In this document: in pieces, positions 1-9,629 of the stretch
Position numbering within the stretch: the stretch's first letter is position 1
How the letters are laid out: every line of letters begins with the position of its first letter
Source: Candidatus Binataceae bacterium
GTDB taxonomy: Bacteria > Desulfobacterota > Binatia > Binatales > Binataceae
Length of the DNA: 64,000 bases
Assembly (NCBI GenBank): GCA_963722605.1
Contig: CAVRNO010000004.1
Location: forward strand, 410,335 to 474,334
Direction of reading: 5' to 3'
Position numbers and translations under genes: made by a program
The notes under the pieces: model-generated
Databases searched by the model: none
What the model was told of the DNA's origin: nothing
What the model saw: only the letters and a program-made list of their open reading frames with translations

Positions 1-1011
1 CGAGGGGCGCATCCGCGGCGCCATCGAGAGCTTCAGATGATTCTTCACCAGGTACGCGACCCGCTCCTGGACCGCGCGCGAGCGCTTGAGCCGCGCCATG
101 ATTTCCGCCGCCTTCGCAGCGCCATCCTCGGGATGCCCGTAGAAGGTGACCTTGTCGCCGGCGACCGCGCGGCATTGCGGCTTGGCGATGTCGTGCAGCA
201 GGATTGCGAACGCAACGGTCTCGCTGCATCCGGCGCCAAGCATCGCGACGGCAAGCCGCGTATGGGTGTACACGTCGCCCTCGGGATGGAAATTTTCGGG
301 CTGCGCGCATCCGGCCATCAGCGCGACTTCGGGCAGGATCAATTGCATCAGGCCGCTGTCCATCATCAGGTCCATCGCGCGCGCGGCGGCGCCCTCGGTC
401 ATCATCATCACGATTTCTTCGCCGATTCGTTCGGCCGCAATGTCGATGATCGTCGGCGCGGCGCGTTTCATCGCGGCCCAGGTCGCGGGATCGATCGTGA
501 AGTTGAGCCGCGCGGCGAAGCGGGCGGCGCGCAGGATGCGCAAATGATCCTCGTCGAAGCGGTCGTAGGGATTTCCGATCGCGCGGATGATTCCGGCGCG
601 CAAGTCGCGCATCCCGCCGACCAAATCGATCAGGCGATCGGCGATCGGATCGTAAAACATCCCGCCGATGGTGAAGTCGCGGCGAATGGCATCCTCCTCG
701 ATCGCGCCGAAGCGCACCGACGAGGGCCGGCGTCCGTCGGTATATTCGGCGTCGGCGCGAAAGGTCGCGACTTCGATCGGCTTGAGGTCGTCAAACACTA
801 CGCCGATCACGCCGAACTTCGCCCCGACCGCCACCGTGCGATCGAACAGTTTCTGCACAACCTGGGGACGCGCGTCGGTGGCGACGTCGTAGTCCTTGGG
901 CTCGACGCCAAGAATTCGATCGCGCACGCATCCGCCGGCGAAGACGGCGCGAAAGCCGGATTCGACCAGGCGGCGAATGATATGGAGCGCCTTTTGCTCT
1001 TTGTCGCTCAT
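1..1011 (-). CDS. cca: CCA-adding tRNA nucleotidyltransferase / PcnB-family nucleotidyltransferase, N-terminal ~337 codons (3' end beyond window start)
   Basis: Reading the minus strand from ATG 1011..1009 gives MSDKEQKALHIIRRLVESGFRAVFAGGCVRDRILGVEPKDYDVATDARP..., the GGxVRD...DxD signature of the CCA/poly(A) polymerase family. It is missing from the ORF track because it runs off the window edge; + ORF 37..2001 is its antisense shadow. Alternative ATG at 1062. Confidence 0.75.
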   Translation of the reverse strand, partial: MSDKEQKALHIIRRLVESGFRAVFAGGCVRDRILGVEPKDYDVATDARPQVVQKLFDRTVAVGAKFGVIGVVFDDLKPIEVATFRADAEYTDGRRPSSVRFGAIEEDAIRRDFTIGGMFYDPIADRLIDLVGGMRDLRAGIIRAIGNPYDRFDEDHLRILRAARFAARLNFTIDPATWAAMKRAAPTIIDIAAERIGEEIVMMMTEGAAARAMDLMMDSGLMQLILPEVALMAGCAQPENFHPEGDVYTHTRLAVAMLGAGCSETVAFAILLHDIAKPQCRAVAGDKVTFYGHPEDGAAKAAEIMARLKRSRAVQERVAYLVKNHLKLSMAPRMRPS

Positions 1012-1104
1012 GGGCGACTCTCCGGCCGCACATTTTATAGCGCCGCGATTGTGAGGCGCCATACGGGGGAGAGGCTGGATGACGGTTGCGTGCGCGCCCG
1101 GCGC

Positions 1105-2178
1105 TCAGGCTGCTTCCTTGCGATTGCCCGAGTATTCCTTTCTATAGACGCGCAGCAACGACGCAAACACCGACATGATCGCGGGTCCCAGGAACAGGCC
1201 CAGCGGCCCGTAGGCTTCCAGCCCGCCGAGAATCCCCAGAAACAGCGCCATCGTGGGCAGGCCCGTGCCGTGTTTCATCGCCAGCGGCTTGATGAAGTTG
1301 TCGATTACCGCCAGCGCGATCGCACACCAGATGACCAGCCCGACCGCCGCCGACCATCCCGACGTCAAGCCCAGGTAGAGCGTCGCGGGAATCCACACCA
1401 GCGCAGTGCCGCCGATTGGCATCAGTCCCGCGGCGGACGATGCGATCGCCAGGAACAGCCAGTATGGCACGCCGAAGACCAGCATGCCCAGGCCGATCGT
1501 CACGCCCTGCAGCACGGCGGACAGCATCAGCCCGCGCATCACCGACGAAAGCGTCGTGCGCAGCGTGTCGAAGATCGCCTTCTTGTCGTCTTCATGCAGC
1601 GGGGTCAGCTCGCGCAGGCTGTGGTAGTAGTAGTCACCGTCGCGCAGCATATAGAAGAAGCCGAGCAGCGCGATTCCGAAATCGACGACGAACGCGAGGA
1701 CGTTTTTCGCGGCCTGGGTCGCGTTCCTGGCCACGTAATCGCTGGTCATCTGCGCCGCTTGCAGGGTGAGCTTGGGCAGTTGCTCGTCGAGCTTGTAACC
1801 GCGCTCCCCCATTTTTCTGGCGACCCATGCGCCAAGATCGGTGTGGACCGCCCAGTCGTGCAGCTTCGTCACGCCCCCACCGTTGACCGATTCCGCGGCC
1901 TGCGCGTACAGCGCCTGCGCCTCGACCACCAGCCGGCCCGAGAGCCAGATTGCGGGAACGATGACGCCAAGCCCGACGACAACGCTGATAATCGCCGTTG
2001 ACAGCGAGCGCCGCTTGACCAGCTTTTCGACTTCGATCAGCGCGGGATGCGCCATGAATGCGAGCAGGATTCCCCACGCCAACGGCGTCAGGAACGGCAG
2101 CATCAGTTCGTACAGCTCGTAGGCCATCACGGCCAGAAAGCCGAAGAAGAAGAGCTGCACTATGCGCTCGCGTTCCAT
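1105..2178 (-). CDS. AI-2E family (PerM/YhhT-like) membrane transporter
   Basis: ORF 1105..2355; start trimmed to MERERIVQLFFFGFLAVMAYELYEL... (ATG 2178, GGA-rich RBS). Multi-TM protein with typical AI-2E architecture. Confidence 0.7.
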   Translation of the reverse strand: MERERIVQLFFFGFLAVMAYELYELMLPFLTPLAWGILLAFMAHPALIEVEKLVKRRSLSTAIISVVVGLGVIVPAIWLSGRLVVEAQALYAQAAESVNGGGVTKLHDWAVHTDLGAWVARKMGERGYKLDEQLPKLTLQAAQMTSDYVARNATQAAKNVLAFVVDFGIALLGFFYMLRDGDYYYHSLRELTPLHEDDKKAIFDTLRTTLSSVMRGLMLSAVLQGVTIGLGMLVFGVPYWLFLAIASSAAGLMPIGGTALVWIPATLYLGLTSGWSAAVGLVIWCAIALAVIDNFIKPLAMKHGTGLPTMALFLGILGGLEAYGPLGLFLGPAIMSVFASLLRVYRKEYSGNRKEAA

Positions 2179-2368
2179 TTTTTGAGCCGTGGGCGTCCCT
2201 CCGTGCGCGCGCGATACTTGGCGCGAAATCCTAGCAGATGCCCCCGCTGCCGTCGCCTGCCCGCCCACGGCGGATCGGGGGCGCCCGGCGCTTCGGTTGC
2301 CCGCGCGCCCAATATCGGTTACCGTTTGCGTTTGCTTGACGTATCCAGCCAACACCGCTGCCCCGTGA

Positions 2369-2443
2369 AGGCACGTAGCTCAGTGGGAGAGCGCTTCCTT
2401 GACACGGAAGAGGTCGGCGGTTCAATCCCGCCCGTGCCTACCA
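2369..2443 (+). tRNA. tRNA-Val (anticodon GAC)
   Basis: 75 nt cloverleaf read directly. Acceptor AGGCACG/CGTGCCT, U8A9, D-arm GCTC-AGTGGGA-GAGC, anticodon stem CTTCC/GGAAG with loop TTGACAC (GAC), T-arm GGCGG-TTCAATC-CCGCC, discriminator A plus encoded CCA. Confidence 0.85.
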
Positions 2444-2511
2444 GGTCCGTGCCCACAGCCTCGCGCGCGCATTTCGCCCCGCCAGTTTCCTGCAATGATT
2501 AGAATCTTCGC

Positions 2512-4455
2512 TTGATGAGTTCCGAAGTAACCGTAACGCTGATCGGCGAATCGCGCGTCGTGCCGGCCGGCACTATCGTTCGCGAAGTACTCAGCGGGAT
2601 TCCGGGCCGCGAGCTGGTGGCCGCGCGGGTTGACGGCAAGATTGTCGATCTCACGCGCAAGCTCGAACACGACGCGTCGGTCGAGCCGGTGCTCGCCGGC
2701 TCGCCCGAGGGTCTCGAGATAATCCGTCATTCCACCGCTCATCTGATGGCGATGGCGGTGCAATCGCTCTATCCCGGCACGCAGGTGACGATCGGACCGG
2801 TAATCGAGGACGGCTTTTTCTACGACTTCGCCCCCGCCGCGCCGTTCACGGTCGAGGATTTGCCGAAGATCGAAGCCAAAATGCGCGAGCTGGTGAAGGC
2901 CGACCTCAAGATTGCGCGGAGCGAAATCTCGCGCGAGGACGCTATCCGCAAATTCTCGGCGATGGGCGAGAAATACAAGGTCGAGATTATCCAGGGCATC
3001 GCCGACGATCACGTGTCGATCTACAGCCAGGGCGACTGGCTGGATCTTTGCCGCGGACCGCACGTCCCCTCGACCCGCTATCTCAAGGCGTTCAAGCTCA
3101 CCAGCGTCGCAGGCGCGTACTGGCGCGGCGACGAGCACAACGCGATGCTCTCGCGCATCTACGGCACCGCGTTCGCCGGCAAAGAGGCGCTCGAGGAGCA
3201 TCTGAAGCTGGTCGAGCTCGCCCGCCAGCGCGACCATCGCAAGCTCGGCCGCGAGATGGGGCTGTACATTTTCGATCCGATCTCGCCGGGCTCGCCGTTC
3301 TACCTGCCCAAGGGCGTCATCATATTCAACGCGCTGGTGGACTACATGAGGCGGCTGTACCGGCGCTACGGCTACGACGAGGTGGTCACGCCGCTGATTT
3401 TCAAGAACGAGCTTTTCAACACCTCGGGCCACTGGGAAAATTTCCGCGAGAATATGTTTCTCTCGCCGGATCCCGACAGCGATGCGCAGCCGATCGACAC
3501 CGGCCCCGACGGATGGCATCACGGCTACGGGCTGAAGCCGATGAATTGCCCCGGCCACACCTTCGTGTACCGCGCCGAGAAGCGCTCGTACCGCGATCTG
3601 CCGCTGCGCGTGGCGGAGTTCAGCCGGCTGCATCGCGCCGAACGCTCGGGGACGCTGCACGGCCTGATGCGGGTGCGCGCGATGTCGCAGGACGACGCGC
3701 ACATCTTCTGCCGCGAAGATCAGATCGAGGACGAAATCGCGCTCAACCTGCAGATGGTCCGCGACGTTTACGGCGCGCTCGGTTTCGAGCGCGTCGAGTT
3801 CAAGCTGGCGACGATGCCCGAGCATCATCTCGGCACCGCCGAGCAATGGCGAATCACCGAGGCGAAGCTCGGCAACGCGATGAAGCGCAACGATATTGCG
3901 TACGAGATAAATCCGAACGAAGGCGCCTTCTATGGCCCCAAAATCGAGATTTACGTGTCCGACGCGCTCAAGCGCCGGTGGCAGGTGGCGACGATACAGC
4001 TCGATTCCAACATGCCCGAGCGCTTCGGCCTGGCCTATACCAACAGCGCCGGCGCCGAAGAACGTCCGGTGATGATTCATCGCGCTATTCTGGGCTCGCT
4101 CGAACGCTTTATCGGCGTGCTGATCGAGCATACCGGCGGCGTGCTGCCCTTGTGGCTTGCGCCGGAGCAGGCGCGGGTGCTGTCGCTCAGCGAAAAGGTC
4201 GAGGCCTACGCCGCCGAAGTCGCCGCCGTGCTGAGGCGCGAGGGATTCCGCGCCCACGCCGACATCCGCAACGAGAAGCTCGGTTTCAAGGTCCGCGAAG
4301 CGGAACTCGCCAAGGTGCCGTATATGGTAGTAGTCGGCGAGCGCGAGGCGGCCGATCGATCGGTGTCGCTTCGCCTGCTGCGCGGCGAGAAGAGCAATGC
4401 GATGCCGCTGGCTGCCCTGGTCGAGCTATTGAAGAACGAGCCGATTCCGGCTTAG
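2512..4455 (+). CDS. thrS: threonyl-tRNA synthetase
   Basis: 647 aa ORF with TGS/editing/class II core and anticodon-binding regions (…HWENFRENMF…, …GLMRVRAMSQDDAHIF…). ATG doublet at 2512/2515. Confidence 0.95.
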   Translation: MMSSEVTVTLIGESRVVPAGTIVREVLSGIPGRELVAARVDGKIVDLTRKLEHDASVEPVLAGSPEGLEIIRHSTAHLMAMAVQSLYPGTQVTIGPVIEDGFFYDFAPAAPFTVEDLPKIEAKMRELVKADLKIARSEISREDAIRKFSAMGEKYKVEIIQGIADDHVSIYSQGDWLDLCRGPHVPSTRYLKAFKLTSVAGAYWRGDEHNAMLSRIYGTAFAGKEALEEHLKLVELARQRDHRKLGREMGLYIFDPISPGSPFYLPKGVIIFNALVDYMRRLYRRYGYDEVVTPLIFKNELFNTSGHWENFRENMFLSPDPDSDAQPIDTGPDGWHHGYGLKPMNCPGHTFVYRAEKRSYRDLPLRVAEFSRLHRAERSGTLHGLMRVRAMSQDDAHIFCREDQIEDEIALNLQMVRDVYGALGFERVEFKLATMPEHHLGTAEQWRITEAKLGNAMKRNDIAYEINPNEGAFYGPKIEIYVSDALKRRWQVATIQLDSNMPERFGLAYTNSAGAEERPVMIHRAILGSLERFIGVLIEHTGGVLPLWLAPEQARVLSLSEKVEAYAAEVAAVLRREGFRAHADIRNEKLGFKVREAELAKVPYMVVVGEREAADRSVSLRLLRGEKSNAMPLAALVELLKNEPIPA

Positions 4456-4493
4456 AGAAGTTCATCCGGCCACCGAGCCGGAGGAGGTGCCTT

Positions 4494-5027
4494 ATCCGAA
4501 GAGATTTCAGAACCCCGCCCTCAAGGGAGCCCGCGATTCGCATCAACAACATGATTCGGGCTCAAGAAGTCCGTGTAATCGACGCCGACGGTAGCCAGAT
4601 CGGAATCCTGCCGCTGCGCGACGCGGTCAAAGTCGCGGAGAGCCGCGGCCTGGACCTGGTCGAGGTCTCCTCCACGGCGACGCCTCCGGTGTGCCGGGTC
4701 ACCGACTTCGACAAATACCGGTACGCGCAGAAGAAAAAGTCGCACGACTCCAAAAAGCACACCGTCAGCATGATCAAGGAAGTCAAGATGGGGTCGGCGA
4801 CCGGGAAGCATGATGTGGACTTCAAAGTTGCCCACATCAAGCGCTTTGTTGGAGAGGGTCATCGTGTTAAGCTCACGGTTTCGTTCCGCGGCCGCGCGAT
4901 TACCCATCCGGAACTCGGCCGCGCGTTGATCGAGAGAATCATCGCGCAGGTCACGGACATCGCGCAGGCCGAAGGCACGCCGCGGATGGAAGGACGCAAC
5001 ATGTCGGTGCTGCTGACGCCGCGATAG
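4494..5027 (+). CDS. infC: translation initiation factor IF-3 (non-ATG start, ATC 4494 or ATT 4536)
   Basis: In-frame tail of ORF 3048..5027 reads …RINNMIRAQEVRVIDADGSQIGILPLRDAVKVAESRGLDLVEVSS…VCRVTDFDKYRYAQ…MSVLLTPR, aligning with E. coli IF3 from RINGEIRAQEVRL. The first in-frame ATG (4551) would delete conserved N-terminal residues. GGAGGAGGTG RBS at 4481-4490 precedes ATC 4494; infC classically starts with AUU/AUC. Confidence 0.8.
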   Translation: MRRDFRTPPSREPAIRINNMIRAQEVRVIDADGSQIGILPLRDAVKVAESRGLDLVEVSSTATPPVCRVTDFDKYRYAQKKKSHDSKKHTVSMIKEVKMGSATGKHDVDFKVAHIKRFVGEGHRVKLTVSFRGRAITHPELGRALIERIIAQVTDIAQAEGTPRMEGRNMSVLLTPR

Positions 5028-5065
5028 GCCGGAAAAGAAAATTTAAGCAAAGAAGCAAAGCGACC

Positions 5066-5263
5066 ATGCCGAAAATCAGAACCAGCCGTACCGCCGCCAA
5101 ACGCTTTTCCGTGACCAAGAGCGGCAAGGTCAAGTTCAAACACGCGTATGCCCGCCATATGTTCTCGGCCAAAAGCCCGAAACAGAAGGCGCACTTGCGC
5201 ACCACCGGTATTTTGGGAAAGGCCGACGCCGCAAAAGTCCGCGCGATGATGCCGTACGCTTGA
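5066..5263 (+). CDS. rpmI: 50S ribosomal protein L35
   Basis: MPKIRTSRTAAKRFSVTKSGKVKFKHAYARHMF… 65 aa, classic L35. Confidence 0.95.
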   Translation: MPKIRTSRTAAKRFSVTKSGKVKFKHAYARHMFSAKSPKQKAHLRTTGILGKADAAKVRAMMPYA

Positions 5264-5313
5264 GCGCCGCCCCCTAACTTAGCCGATATCTACCAAGGAA
5301 GGATTCGACCCCG

Positions 5314-5679
5314 ATGCCTCGCGCCAAAGGCGGACCCAAGACGCGCCGCCGTCATAAGCGTCAACTCAAGCTCGCCTCCGGCTTTGTCGGCGGGCGCAAA
5401 CTCTACCGGCAGGCCCGCTCGACCCTCGAAAAGGGCCTCACCTACGCCTATCGCGATCGCAAGGCGAAAAAGCGCGACTACCGCACGCTCTGGATTGCGC
5501 GAATCAACGCGCTCGCCCGCGAATGCGGAATCTCGTACAGCAGCCTGATGAACGGGCTCAAGAAGGCGGGCGTCGAGGTCGATCGCAAGATGCTGGCGAA
5601 GCTGGCGCAGGAGCGCGACGGATTGTTTACCGAGCTGGTGCGCACCGCCAAGAGCGCGCTCGGCTCGCAAGCAGCATAG
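5314..5679 (+). CDS. rplT: 50S ribosomal protein L20
   Basis: MPRAKGGPKTRRRHKRQLKLASGFVGGRKLYRQA…RDRKAKKRDYRTLWIARINAL… 121 aa. Confidence 0.95.
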   Translation: MPRAKGGPKTRRRHKRQLKLASGFVGGRKLYRQARSTLEKGLTYAYRDRKAKKRDYRTLWIARINALARECGISYSSLMNGLKKAGVEVDRKMLAKLAQERDGLFTELVRTAKSALGSQAA

Positions 5680-5712
5680 AGCCGCGCCGTTCCAAGCGCC
5701 GCGCACCAGGAA

Positions 5713-5749
5713 CCATGTGGGCCGTCCGCCCACGTGGTTTTTTGTTTTT
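5713..5749 (+). terminator. intrinsic terminator / attenuator between rplT and pheS
   Basis: CCATGTGGGC-cgtcc-GCCCACGTGG hairpin (9 of 10 bp) followed by TTTTTTGTTTTT. Confidence 0.6.
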
Positions 5750-5819
5750 GGCGCGCGCAAGATTGCACGGCGGATCGATTCGATGGCGGCACTCTGCTGG
5801 ATGTCCGGGGAAGACCACG

Positions 5820-6866
5820 ATGAGAGAACAACTCGAAGAAATCAGGCGCCGCGCGATGGCGGAACTCGGCGACGACGCCGCCGAAGCGCAAATCGACGCG
5901 GTTCGGGTGCGCGTGCTCGGCCGCTCGGGCGAGCTTACGGAAATCATGCGCGGGATGCGCGAGGTGCCGGCCGCCGAGCGCCCCGCGCTCGGCCAGCTCA
6001 TCAATCAGATCAAGCGCGAAGTCGAAGCGCGGATCGAGAGCCTGAGCGCGAAACTAAAGGCCGCGGCTCTCGCCCAATCGCTCAGTGAAAAACGGCTCGA
6101 CGTGACCCTGCCCGGCATGCGCATCGCGCGCGGCCGCATCCATCCGATCACCGACATCCTGGAAAAAATGCTGCAAATTTTCGAGTCGATGGGCTTCGAA
6201 GTCGCGATGACCCAGGATATCGAGGACGACTTTCACAACTTCGCCGCGCTCAACTTCACCCCGCATCATCCCGCCCGCGACATGCAGGACACCTTCTACC
6301 TCGAAGGCGGGATGATACTGCGAACCCATACCTCCAACGGCCAGATCCGGGTGATGGAAAAACGCCGGCCTCCCCTGGCGGTCGTTTGTCCGGGGCGATG
6401 CTACCGGCGCGACGACCTGACGGTGCGCAGCTCGCCGATGTTCACCCAGATCGAGGGTTTCATGGTCGATAAGCGCGGGCGCGTCACGATGGCGCATCTC
6501 AAGGGCGTGCTGACCGAATTCGCGCGCGCGTTTTTCGGCACGACCGCGGTCCGGTTTCGCGCCAGCTATTTTCCCTTCACCGAGCCGAGCGCCGAACTCG
6601 ACATGCATTGCCTGCTATGCGACGGCGCGGGATGCCCGGTCTGCAAGCATTCGGGATGGACCGAAGTGCTCGGCTGCGGAATGATCCATCCCAACGTGAT
6701 GCGCGCGGTCGAGTACGATCCCGAGGAATACCAGGGGTTCGCCTTCGGCCTGGGCGTCGAGCGCACCGGCCTGCTCAAGCTCGGGGTTGACGACATGCGG
6801 CTGTTTTTCGAGAACGACCTTCGCTTCTTGAGCCAGTTCCCGGCGCTCAGCGGAGGCGTGCGATGA
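5820..6866 (+). CDS. pheS: phenylalanyl-tRNA synthetase alpha subunit
   Basis: Starts MREQLEEIRRRAMAEL… (ATG 5820, GGGGAAGA RBS) inside the longer ORF 5523..6866. Class II motifs …FTPHHPARDMQDTFY…, …GRCYRRD…, …FPFTEPSAE…GCGMIHPNV…. Confidence 0.92.
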   Translation: MREQLEEIRRRAMAELGDDAAEAQIDAVRVRVLGRSGELTEIMRGMREVPAAERPALGQLINQIKREVEARIESLSAKLKAAALAQSLSEKRLDVTLPGMRIARGRIHPITDILEKMLQIFESMGFEVAMTQDIEDDFHNFAALNFTPHHPARDMQDTFYLEGGMILRTHTSNGQIRVMEKRRPPLAVVCPGRCYRRDDLTVRSSPMFTQIEGFMVDKRGRVTMAHLKGVLTEFARAFFGTTAVRFRASYFPFTEPSAELDMHCLLCDGAGCPVCKHSGWTEVLGCGMIHPNVMRAVEYDPEEYQGFAFGLGVERTGLLKLGVDDMRLFFENDLRFLSQFPALSGGVR

Positions 6867-9292
6867 AGCTCCCGCTCAGTTGGTTGAGGGACTTCGTCAG
6901 CATCGACGCGCCGGTCGAGGAAATCTCGCGCCGGCTCAGTTTCGCGGGATTAGTCGTCGAGAACGTCGAGAAACTCACGCCCGGATTCGCCCGCGTGTAC
7001 GCCGCCCGGGTGCTCCACGTCGAAAAGCATCCCAACGCCGACCGGCTCAGCCTTTGCGAGGTGGACGCCGGCCCAAAAGGCCAATTCAAAGTCGTGTGCG
7101 GCGCGCCCAACGTGAAGGCCGGGATGATGGCGGCGCTCGCTCTGGTTGGCGCGCAACTGGGCAAGCAGCCGCCGCTGGAGGCAGCCGTAATTCGCGGCGT
7201 GCGCTCCGAGGGCATGCTCTGCTCGGGGCGCGAGCTCGGCCTGTCGGATGAACAGGCTGGAATCCTTGCGCTCGGCGCGGATGCGCCGCTGGGCGGGGAC
7301 GTGGCCGCGTATTTGCACCTCGACGACATCGTGCTCGATGTCGAAATCACGCCGAATCGGGGCGATTGCCTGTCGATTCTCGGGCTGGCGCGCGAGATTG
7401 CAGCGTTGTTCGCCGCCAGGCTGCGCGCGCCAAGGCTGCGCGCGGCGCATAGCCCCGTCGCGCCCGGCGGCGAGCACGTTTCGCTTTCGGTTTCGATCGA
7501 AGCGCCCGATCTGTGCCCGCGTTACGCGGCGCTGGCGATGACCGGAATCAAGGTCGGTCCTTCGCCGGCGTGGCTTAAGCGCCGGCTGGAAGTATGCGGG
7601 ATGCGCGCGCTCAACAACGTGGTCGATGCGACCAACTACGTGATGCTCGAACTCGGCCAGCCCTTGCACGCGTTCGACTTCGGCAAAATTGCGGGCGGAG
7701 GGATTGTCGTCCGCCGCGCCGGCGCCACCAGCGAGTTCGTGACGCTGGACAACGTCGCGCGCGCTCTCGATTCAAACGATCTGCTGATCGCCGACAGCGA
7801 CAAGCCGCTGGCAATCGCGGGCGTGATGGGCGGACTCAACTCCGAGGTCGGCGACTCGACCGGGACTATTTTGCTCGAGAGCGCATACTTCGAGCCGATG
7901 ACGATAGCGCGCACCGCGCGCCGCCTGGGCTTGCGCAGCGAGGCAAGTTACCGCTTCGAGCGCGGCGTCGATCGCGCGGGACAGGTCGGCGCGCTGATTC
8001 GCGCGGCCGAATTGATCCGCAAGATCGCCGGCGGACGCGAGGCGTCGCCGATCGCCGACTTCGAGCCGCGCAAGGCCGAGCCGCGCGAGATTGCGCTCGA
8101 CCTGGGCGCGATGGAATCGCTGCTCGGCGCCGCGATACCGCCGGCCGTCGCCCGCAGCCGCCTCAAATCGCTGGGCGCGCAAGTGAGCACCCGCGCCAAG
8201 GGTGTGCTCGCGGTCGTGCCTCCGTCGTACCGCTCCGATCTGGCCGAGCAGGCCGATCTGATCGAGGAAGTCGCGCGCCTGGGCGGCCTCGAGGACATCC
8301 CGGCCCGGCTGCCCGCGCGCGTCAGCTCGCTGGCTCCGGTCAATCGCGAGCGTGATTTCTTGAAGGGCACGCGCGAGGTGATGCTGGGATGCGGGCTGAC
8401 CGAGGCCGCCACCATCGCGTTCATCGGGCCCGCCGACAACGCGCGCTTTCCGGGTATTGAAGCGGCGACGCGGCCGGTCAAGGTGACCAACCCGCTGTCG
8501 GCGGAACTGAGCGAGCTGCGGGTGAGCCTGATGCCGGGGCTGGTCGCCTCGCTCAGGTTCAATTTGAACCGCGAGGCGCGCGCCTTTCACGCGTTTGAAA
8601 TCGGCAAGACCTTTTGCATGCACGGCGACGCCGCGACCGAGCACGATCATCTCGCCGCGGTCAGCTACGGAACGTACGCCGTGTCCGCAATCGGCGAGCA
8701 GAGCGTGGCGGCGGGATTTTTTTCGATCAAGGGAATTCTCGAGACGTACCTGGAAGCGATTGGCATTTCGCCGCGAGTGGCGTACAAAGCTGTCGAGAGC
8801 GGCGAAGCGCCATTTCTTCCATTTCTGCATCCGGGGCGCAGCGCCGTGATCACGCTGGACGGCGCGGCGATCGGTTTGATCGGCGAGTTGCATCCGGCGG
8901 AAGCGATGCGGCTCGATCTGAGCGGTCCCTGCGCGGTGTATGAACTTGACTTGAGTGGGCTCATTGCCTATGGTTTCTCGCCGCGCAAAGCTTTCGAGCC
9001 GCCGCCAAAATATCCCGCGATCAGGCGCGATTTGGCGCTGGTGATGGATCGAAATTTCCCGGCGGATATGGTAGTCAAAGCCATTCGGGAGTGCGGCGCG
9101 TCGCTGCTGGAAAGCGTCGAGGTATTCGACGTGTACGAGGGGACGGCGGTGGCGGCCGGAAAAAAGAGCGTGGCGTTGGCTTGTCGTTACCGTGCAAAAG
9201 ATCGCACGCTGACCGATGAGGAGGTTAACCGCATTCACGCGCTGCTGGTGGAGCAGGCGCGGGTGCGATTAGGGGCTGAGTTGCGGAAGTAA
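6863..9292 (+). CDS. pheT: phenylalanyl-tRNA synthetase beta subunit
   Basis: 809 aa, MKLPLSWLRDFVSIDAPVEEI…, tRNA-binding, B3/4, B5 and FDX-ACB regions; ATGA overlap with pheS. Confidence 0.95.
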   Translation: MKLPLSWLRDFVSIDAPVEEISRRLSFAGLVVENVEKLTPGFARVYAARVLHVEKHPNADRLSLCEVDAGPKGQFKVVCGAPNVKAGMMAALALVGAQLGKQPPLEAAVIRGVRSEGMLCSGRELGLSDEQAGILALGADAPLGGDVAAYLHLDDIVLDVEITPNRGDCLSILGLAREIAALFAARLRAPRLRAAHSPVAPGGEHVSLSVSIEAPDLCPRYAALAMTGIKVGPSPAWLKRRLEVCGMRALNNVVDATNYVMLELGQPLHAFDFGKIAGGGIVVRRAGATSEFVTLDNVARALDSNDLLIADSDKPLAIAGVMGGLNSEVGDSTGTILLESAYFEPMTIARTARRLGLRSEASYRFERGVDRAGQVGALIRAAELIRKIAGGREASPIADFEPRKAEPREIALDLGAMESLLGAAIPPAVARSRLKSLGAQVSTRAKGVLAVVPPSYRSDLAEQADLIEEVARLGGLEDIPARLPARVSSLAPVNRERDFLKGTREVMLGCGLTEAATIAFIGPADNARFPGIEAATRPVKVTNPLSAELSELRVSLMPGLVASLRFNLNREARAFHAFEIGKTFCMHGDAATEHDHLAAVSYGTYAVSAIGEQSVAAGFFSIKGILETYLEAIGISPRVAYKAVESGEAPFLPFLHPGRSAVITLDGAAIGLIGELHPAEAMRLDLSGPCAVYELDLSGLIAYGFSPRKAFEPPPKYPAIRRDLALVMDRNFPADMVVKAIRECGASLLESVEVFDVYEGTAVAAGKKSVALACRYRAKDRTLTDEEVNRIHALLVEQARVRLGAELRK

Positions 9293-9335
9293 GCGTGCCT
9301 AACGCGAGCGGGTGGGGATCGTTACGCCGCAGGGC

Positions 9336-9629
9336 ATGACTAAGGCTGATCTCGTGGATTTGATCTACGAGCGGGTAGGCTCCTCCAAAAAGGAAGCCTG
9401 CGAAGTGGTCGAGGCGGTGTTTGCGATCATCAAGGATTCGTTGCGCCACGGTCAGAAAGTGAAAATTTCAGGCTTCGGCACCTTCCTGGTCAATCAAAAA
9501 CATGCGCGCCGCGGGCGCAACCCGCAGACCGGCGAGCCGATTACCATCGACTCGCGCCGGGTGCTCTCCTTCAAGCCGAGCCAGGTGTTGAAGGATCGGG
9601 TCAACAACGGCTCCAAGCAGGCCGGATGA
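9336..9629 (+). CDS. ihfA: integration host factor alpha subunit
   Basis: MTKADLVDLIYERVGSSKKEACEVVEAVFAIIKDSLRHGQKVKISGFGTFLVNQKHARRGRNPQTGEPITI… HU/IHF fold in the canonical position after pheT. Confidence 0.9.
   Translation: MTKADLVDLIYERVGSSKKEACEVVEAVFAIIKDSLRHGQKVKISGFGTFLVNQKHARRGRNPQTGEPITIDSRRVLSFKPSQVLKDRVNNGSKQAG

Noticed and set aside
37-2001. 654-aa plus-strand ORF
   Set aside because: Antisense shadow of the CCA-enzyme and AI-2E transporter genes on the minus strand; Arg/Ala/Gly/His-rich low-complexity translation typical of high-GC DNA.
3048-4535. N-terminal 500 codons of the 659-aa ORF 3048..5027
   Set aside because: Alternative frame inside thrS. Only the final ~170 codons (infC) are genuine; the rest is Arg/Ala-rich shadow.
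5523-5819. Upstream extension of pheS ORF (including the FLFL stretch that looks like a pheM-type leader)
   Set aside because: In frame with pheS and without its own stop, so not a leader peptide. It overlaps the rplT 3' end and the terminator hairpin. pheS starts at ATG 5820 with an RBS.
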